Origin: a candidate division WOR-3 bacterium
Lineage (GTDB): Bacteria > Hydrothermota > Hydrothermia > LBFQ01
Length of the DNA stretch: 64,000 bases
NCBI GenBank assembly: GCA_027003075.1
Contig: JALWYV010000010.1
Coordinates: forward strand, 3,900-67,899
Direction: 5' to 3'
The translations under genes and the position numbers were made by a program. The notes below the pieces were generated by a model that did no database searches, had not been told where the DNA came from, and saw nothing but the letters and a program-made list of their open reading frames with translations. Of the stretch, positions 61,107 through 64,000 are shown one piece after another (the stretch's first letter is position 1; each line of letters opens with the position of its first letter).

Positions 61107-62585
61107 ATGGTGTTACTAATCCTGAGTATCTTTGTTACTGAAGTACGTCCGAGTCCTCATAAAAAAGCTGAAACTGAGGTAGCTGTAGATAGAATAACTG
61201 GAGTAGTAGCCGTGACGTATATGAACATAGACACAAAAGAAGTGGAGGTGGTTGGAAGCCGCAACCTTGGTAGAGATACCTTCTATTTCTATAAGTTTAG
61301 AGTTATACCAAGGAACCCTGATAGCTGTAAAATAGGGGATCCGGCTATAGTCTGGAGTGGTAAACCTGATACTTTCTTCCTTGTGTCCGTTGAATACTGC
61401 CCGGATCCTCAAAATCCTTATGGGAGCGAAGTCATGTTTTGTGTAATTTCTATGGAAAGAGATAGTGCGGGAGATTGTGAGTACGTGGATTACGAATCCT
61501 ACTGGAACTTTAAAGACAGGCCCGATGTAGTAGTAACGTTCCCCGGAAAAGCTTGGGTATCGTTTGTAAAGGCTCATTCGCCGTATGGTGATATATCAGC
61601 TTATGTCTACGAGCGATTAGGACCATCATCTTGGATGTTAAGATATATAACTCCTTCCCTTATGAGAACAACCGTTGCTCTCCTTTCCGCGGAAGTGTGT
61701 CAAACAAGGAAAGGACCAGCTGTAGATATATGGCTAGCTTACGACAATGTCAGAGATCTTTATAGGCCGTATATTTATGTTGATAAAAGCTGGGATAGTG
61801 GCCGGACCTGGATAGGATATAAAGATTTTATAACCTACAGCAACCCGACAGGTGATCTGACGTGTATGATTCCTAGAGCCCACAAAAAACTCAAGAGCTT
61901 TTATGCATGCAATGGAGCCTGTGACGTGGTGATAGGGTATGTGACGCCTGATCCTTCAGATCCAAATAGGTGCTGGTCCAATATAGCGTACACCATAAAG
62001 GGTGATACGACAGCTTTCTGGAACATAGCCCATATAAACCCGGTATATGATATGGATATTATGCCAGCGGTGAAGGTGGATAGAGATGGGAACATTTATG
62101 TATTGACCATGCATGGGCTTGTGACATGGAAACCATGGCTGTACACGATTAGCCCCGGCTCACTATCTCCCAGTCGCGTCGGTGGGGATGTACGAACTTT
62201 AACTCCGCCCTTTAGTGTCATATATGGTAATGAGATGCATATAAACCCACTCTACGGTTTTCTAGACTATATAGGTTTAGATTTGGACAATGAAGGCTAT
62301 TTTTACGCTACCTGGACAGGTGCCGACGCTCCGGGACAACCTACAAAGATATACTTCGCTACCAATAAAGACACTTCCACGCTCTCTTCCTCCCCTCAGC
62401 CTATCAACACCGTATTCAAATCCAGAGAATCTGTAGATCTACCTCCCGGAACGTACGTTTACGATGCCCTTGGACGGAGAGTTGCCGTTGTAGGCAACAG
62501 AAAAGTCTTTCTGAAACCGGGAGTGTACTTCGCTAAAAGGGGCAGCAAGGTGCTTAAATTTCTCGTAATAGGAGGTAAGAGATGA
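61107..62585 (+). CDS. Secreted BNR/sialidase-like propeller protein with T9SS-type CTD
   Basis: Asp-box SWDSGRTW, GDP, DRP, DYIGL; CTD YDALGRR..LKPGVYF. Confidence 0.7.
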   Translation: MVLLILSIFVTEVRPSPHKKAETEVAVDRITGVVAVTYMNIDTKEVEVVGSRNLGRDTFYFYKFRVIPRNPDSCKIGDPAIVWSGKPDTFFLVSVEYCPDPQNPYGSEVMFCVISMERDSAGDCEYVDYESYWNFKDRPDVVVTFPGKAWVSFVKAHSPYGDISAYVYERLGPSSWMLRYITPSLMRTTVALLSAEVCQTRKGPAVDIWLAYDNVRDLYRPYIYVDKSWDSGRTWIGYKDFITYSNPTGDLTCMIPRAHKKLKSFYACNGACDVVIGYVTPDPSDPNRCWSNIAYTIKGDTTAFWNIAHINPVYDMDIMPAVKVDRDGNIYVLTMHGLVTWKPWLYTISPGSLSPSRVGGDVRTLTPPFSVIYGNEMHINPLYGFLDYIGLDLDNEGYFYATWTGADAPGQPTKIYFATNKDTSTLSSSPQPINTVFKSRESVDLPPGTYVYDALGRRVAVVGNRKVFLKPGVYFAKRGSKVLKFLVIGGKR

Positions 62586-63772
62586 AAAAAACACTTTTGT
62601 TTCTGCCCCTGCTTTTGCTCCTCTCCTGCAGGGAGGAAGTTTACGAGGATGGTGAGGTACTGTGGAGCATAACGTTGAGGGGGCCAATACGGGGGGTCCC
62701 AGCCTACCACGACGGCGTCATATACGTGGGCAGCGACTGGAACCGTCTCTTTGCGATTGAGGAGGATGGGTATCCCATCCTGTGGCAGAGGGTACACGGA
62801 GACTTCACGGGGGCGCCCGTGGTGTGGGAGGACGGCACCGTAACCGCCACCGACTGGTGGGGCAACATGTACACCTACGATCTCAAGGGCAATCTCGTAT
62901 GGGGAAAAACGGAGGGGGCTTGGAACGAGTACCCGGCCCTGTATGGAGAAAAGATCATCGCCATACATGAGGTTGACACGGCAATCACGACTCTGGAGTG
63001 GATAAACAGAGATGGAAACGTGGGGAGGGTGGATACCTTCCCGTCGGGAACCGGAGCTTTGGGTAAAGCCAACGTGATCGTTAGATCCGATGGCACGGTC
63101 GTGGTGTCATCCGCACTTTATGATGTCATTTTCAAAATCTACGAGGACGGAAACATAGTAAAGTACACCGTCCCCGGACTCGTGGGCCATGCATCTACAG
63201 ACGACGAAGCCATCTACGCCGTAACGACCGGGAGCATGGGAACCTACCTTGAGAAGATCGGACCGGAGAGTTGGGATTACGTTAAGATAAACGAAGACAC
63301 GTATCCAATAGACTTCACCGCCGCCCAGCCGATTATAGACAGCCGCGGTAGGGTTATAGTACTTACGGACAAAGGCCTTTACGTTTTCACGAAGGGACTC
63401 TACCCTCTGTGGTCCTACCCCCTATCCTCCTGCAGGAAGTTCAGAAGTTGCGGTGTTATGATGCCTACTCCCGTGGTCGGTAGATCCGGGAACGTTTACT
63501 TCGCCTGCGGCTCCAATCTCATGGCCGTATCTGAAGATGGACGACTTTTGTGGTTTAAAGATTTCTCAGAGGATACCGTAAAGGTTGAGAGCAACTACTC
63601 TGAAATTAGCGGCCTCCTCCTCATAGACAACCGCCTGATAGTCACCTCCTGCAACGGCAAAATTTACTCCCTGTACGTCAACGACACCTACGACTACGAT
63701 GCACCGTGGCCCATGTTTCAGGCTAATCCGAGGAGAACGGGGAAGGTGAGGGTTCCCTTTAACTTCCCGTAG
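62582..63772 (+). CDS. PQQ-like beta-propeller lipoprotein
   Basis: Lipobox LLSC; YVGS..LFA, G.LLW blades; WPMFQANPRRTG. Confidence 0.8.
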   Translation: MKKTLLFLPLLLLLSCREEVYEDGEVLWSITLRGPIRGVPAYHDGVIYVGSDWNRLFAIEEDGYPILWQRVHGDFTGAPVVWEDGTVTATDWWGNMYTYDLKGNLVWGKTEGAWNEYPALYGEKIIAIHEVDTAITTLEWINRDGNVGRVDTFPSGTGALGKANVIVRSDGTVVVSSALYDVIFKIYEDGNIVKYTVPGLVGHASTDDEAIYAVTTGSMGTYLEKIGPESWDYVKINEDTYPIDFTAAQPIIDSRGRVIVLTDKGLYVFTKGLYPLWSYPLSSCRKFRSCGVMMPTPVVGRSGNVYFACGSNLMAVSEDGRLLWFKDFSEDTVKVESNYSEISGLLLIDNRLIVTSCNGKIYSLYVNDTYDYDAPWPMFQANPRRTGKVRVPFNFP

Positions 63773-63777
63773 GACCT

Positions 63778-64000
63778 TCAAAGACCCAGCTCAAGTTCCC
63801 TTATGAACCTCAGGTTCTCCCTCCACTTCTTCTTTACCTTCACCCACAGTTCCAGATAAACCTTCCTGCCCAGAAGGGCCTCTATCTGCTTTCGGGCTTC
63901 TATACCGATTCGTTTTATGGCCCTCCCCTTACGACCTATTATTATGGCCTTCTGGGACGGCCTCTCAACGTATATGACGGCGCGGATGTAGATGGGCTTG
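63778..64000 (-). CDS. era: GTPase Era, C-terminal KH part (runs off the window end)
   Basis: Manual translation [52 protein letters not shown]. Confidence 0.95.
   Translation of the reverse strand, partial: KPIYIRAVIYVERPSQKAIIIGRKGRAIKRIGIEARKQIEALLGRKVYLELWVKVKKKWRENLRFIRELELGL

Overview
A gene-dense, moderately GC-rich chromosomal segment from a diderm, probably thermophilic bacterium. Diderm markers are lpxD, BamD, MlaD, an LptA-like protein and a porin; thermophily is suggested by trmI, trmFO and AGG/ATA-rich codons. Seven ORFs end in a T9SS-type C-terminal sorting domain, which suggests an FCB-related lineage such as WOR-3 (inference). Most genes are housekeeping genes separated from their usual operon partners: trmFO, nth, murJ, sufD-like, pheS, rplT, lpxD, hslO, trmI, ftsH, phoU, mrdA, pstS, pstC, tal, lysS and era. 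Accessory elements are an orphan 4-spacer CRISPR array preceded by a promoter-driven structured RNA candidate, a NadD-RNase HI fusion, a decayed RelE-type TA module, a lipoprotein gene split by a 26-bp tandem duplication, an AT-rich OLD-family nuclease insertion beside a broken beta-barrel gene, three tandem Uma2 nucleases, and a mosaic paralog/beta-propeller cluster. Three window-wide signals stand out: a TANNNT -10 box 5-11 nt before about 30 start codons (leaderless expression), very short uncharged hydrophobic N-termini on proteins that must be exported, and strong TCGA avoidance. No rRNA, tRNA, cas or transposase genes were seen. All assignments come from reading motifs by eye; no database searches were run.
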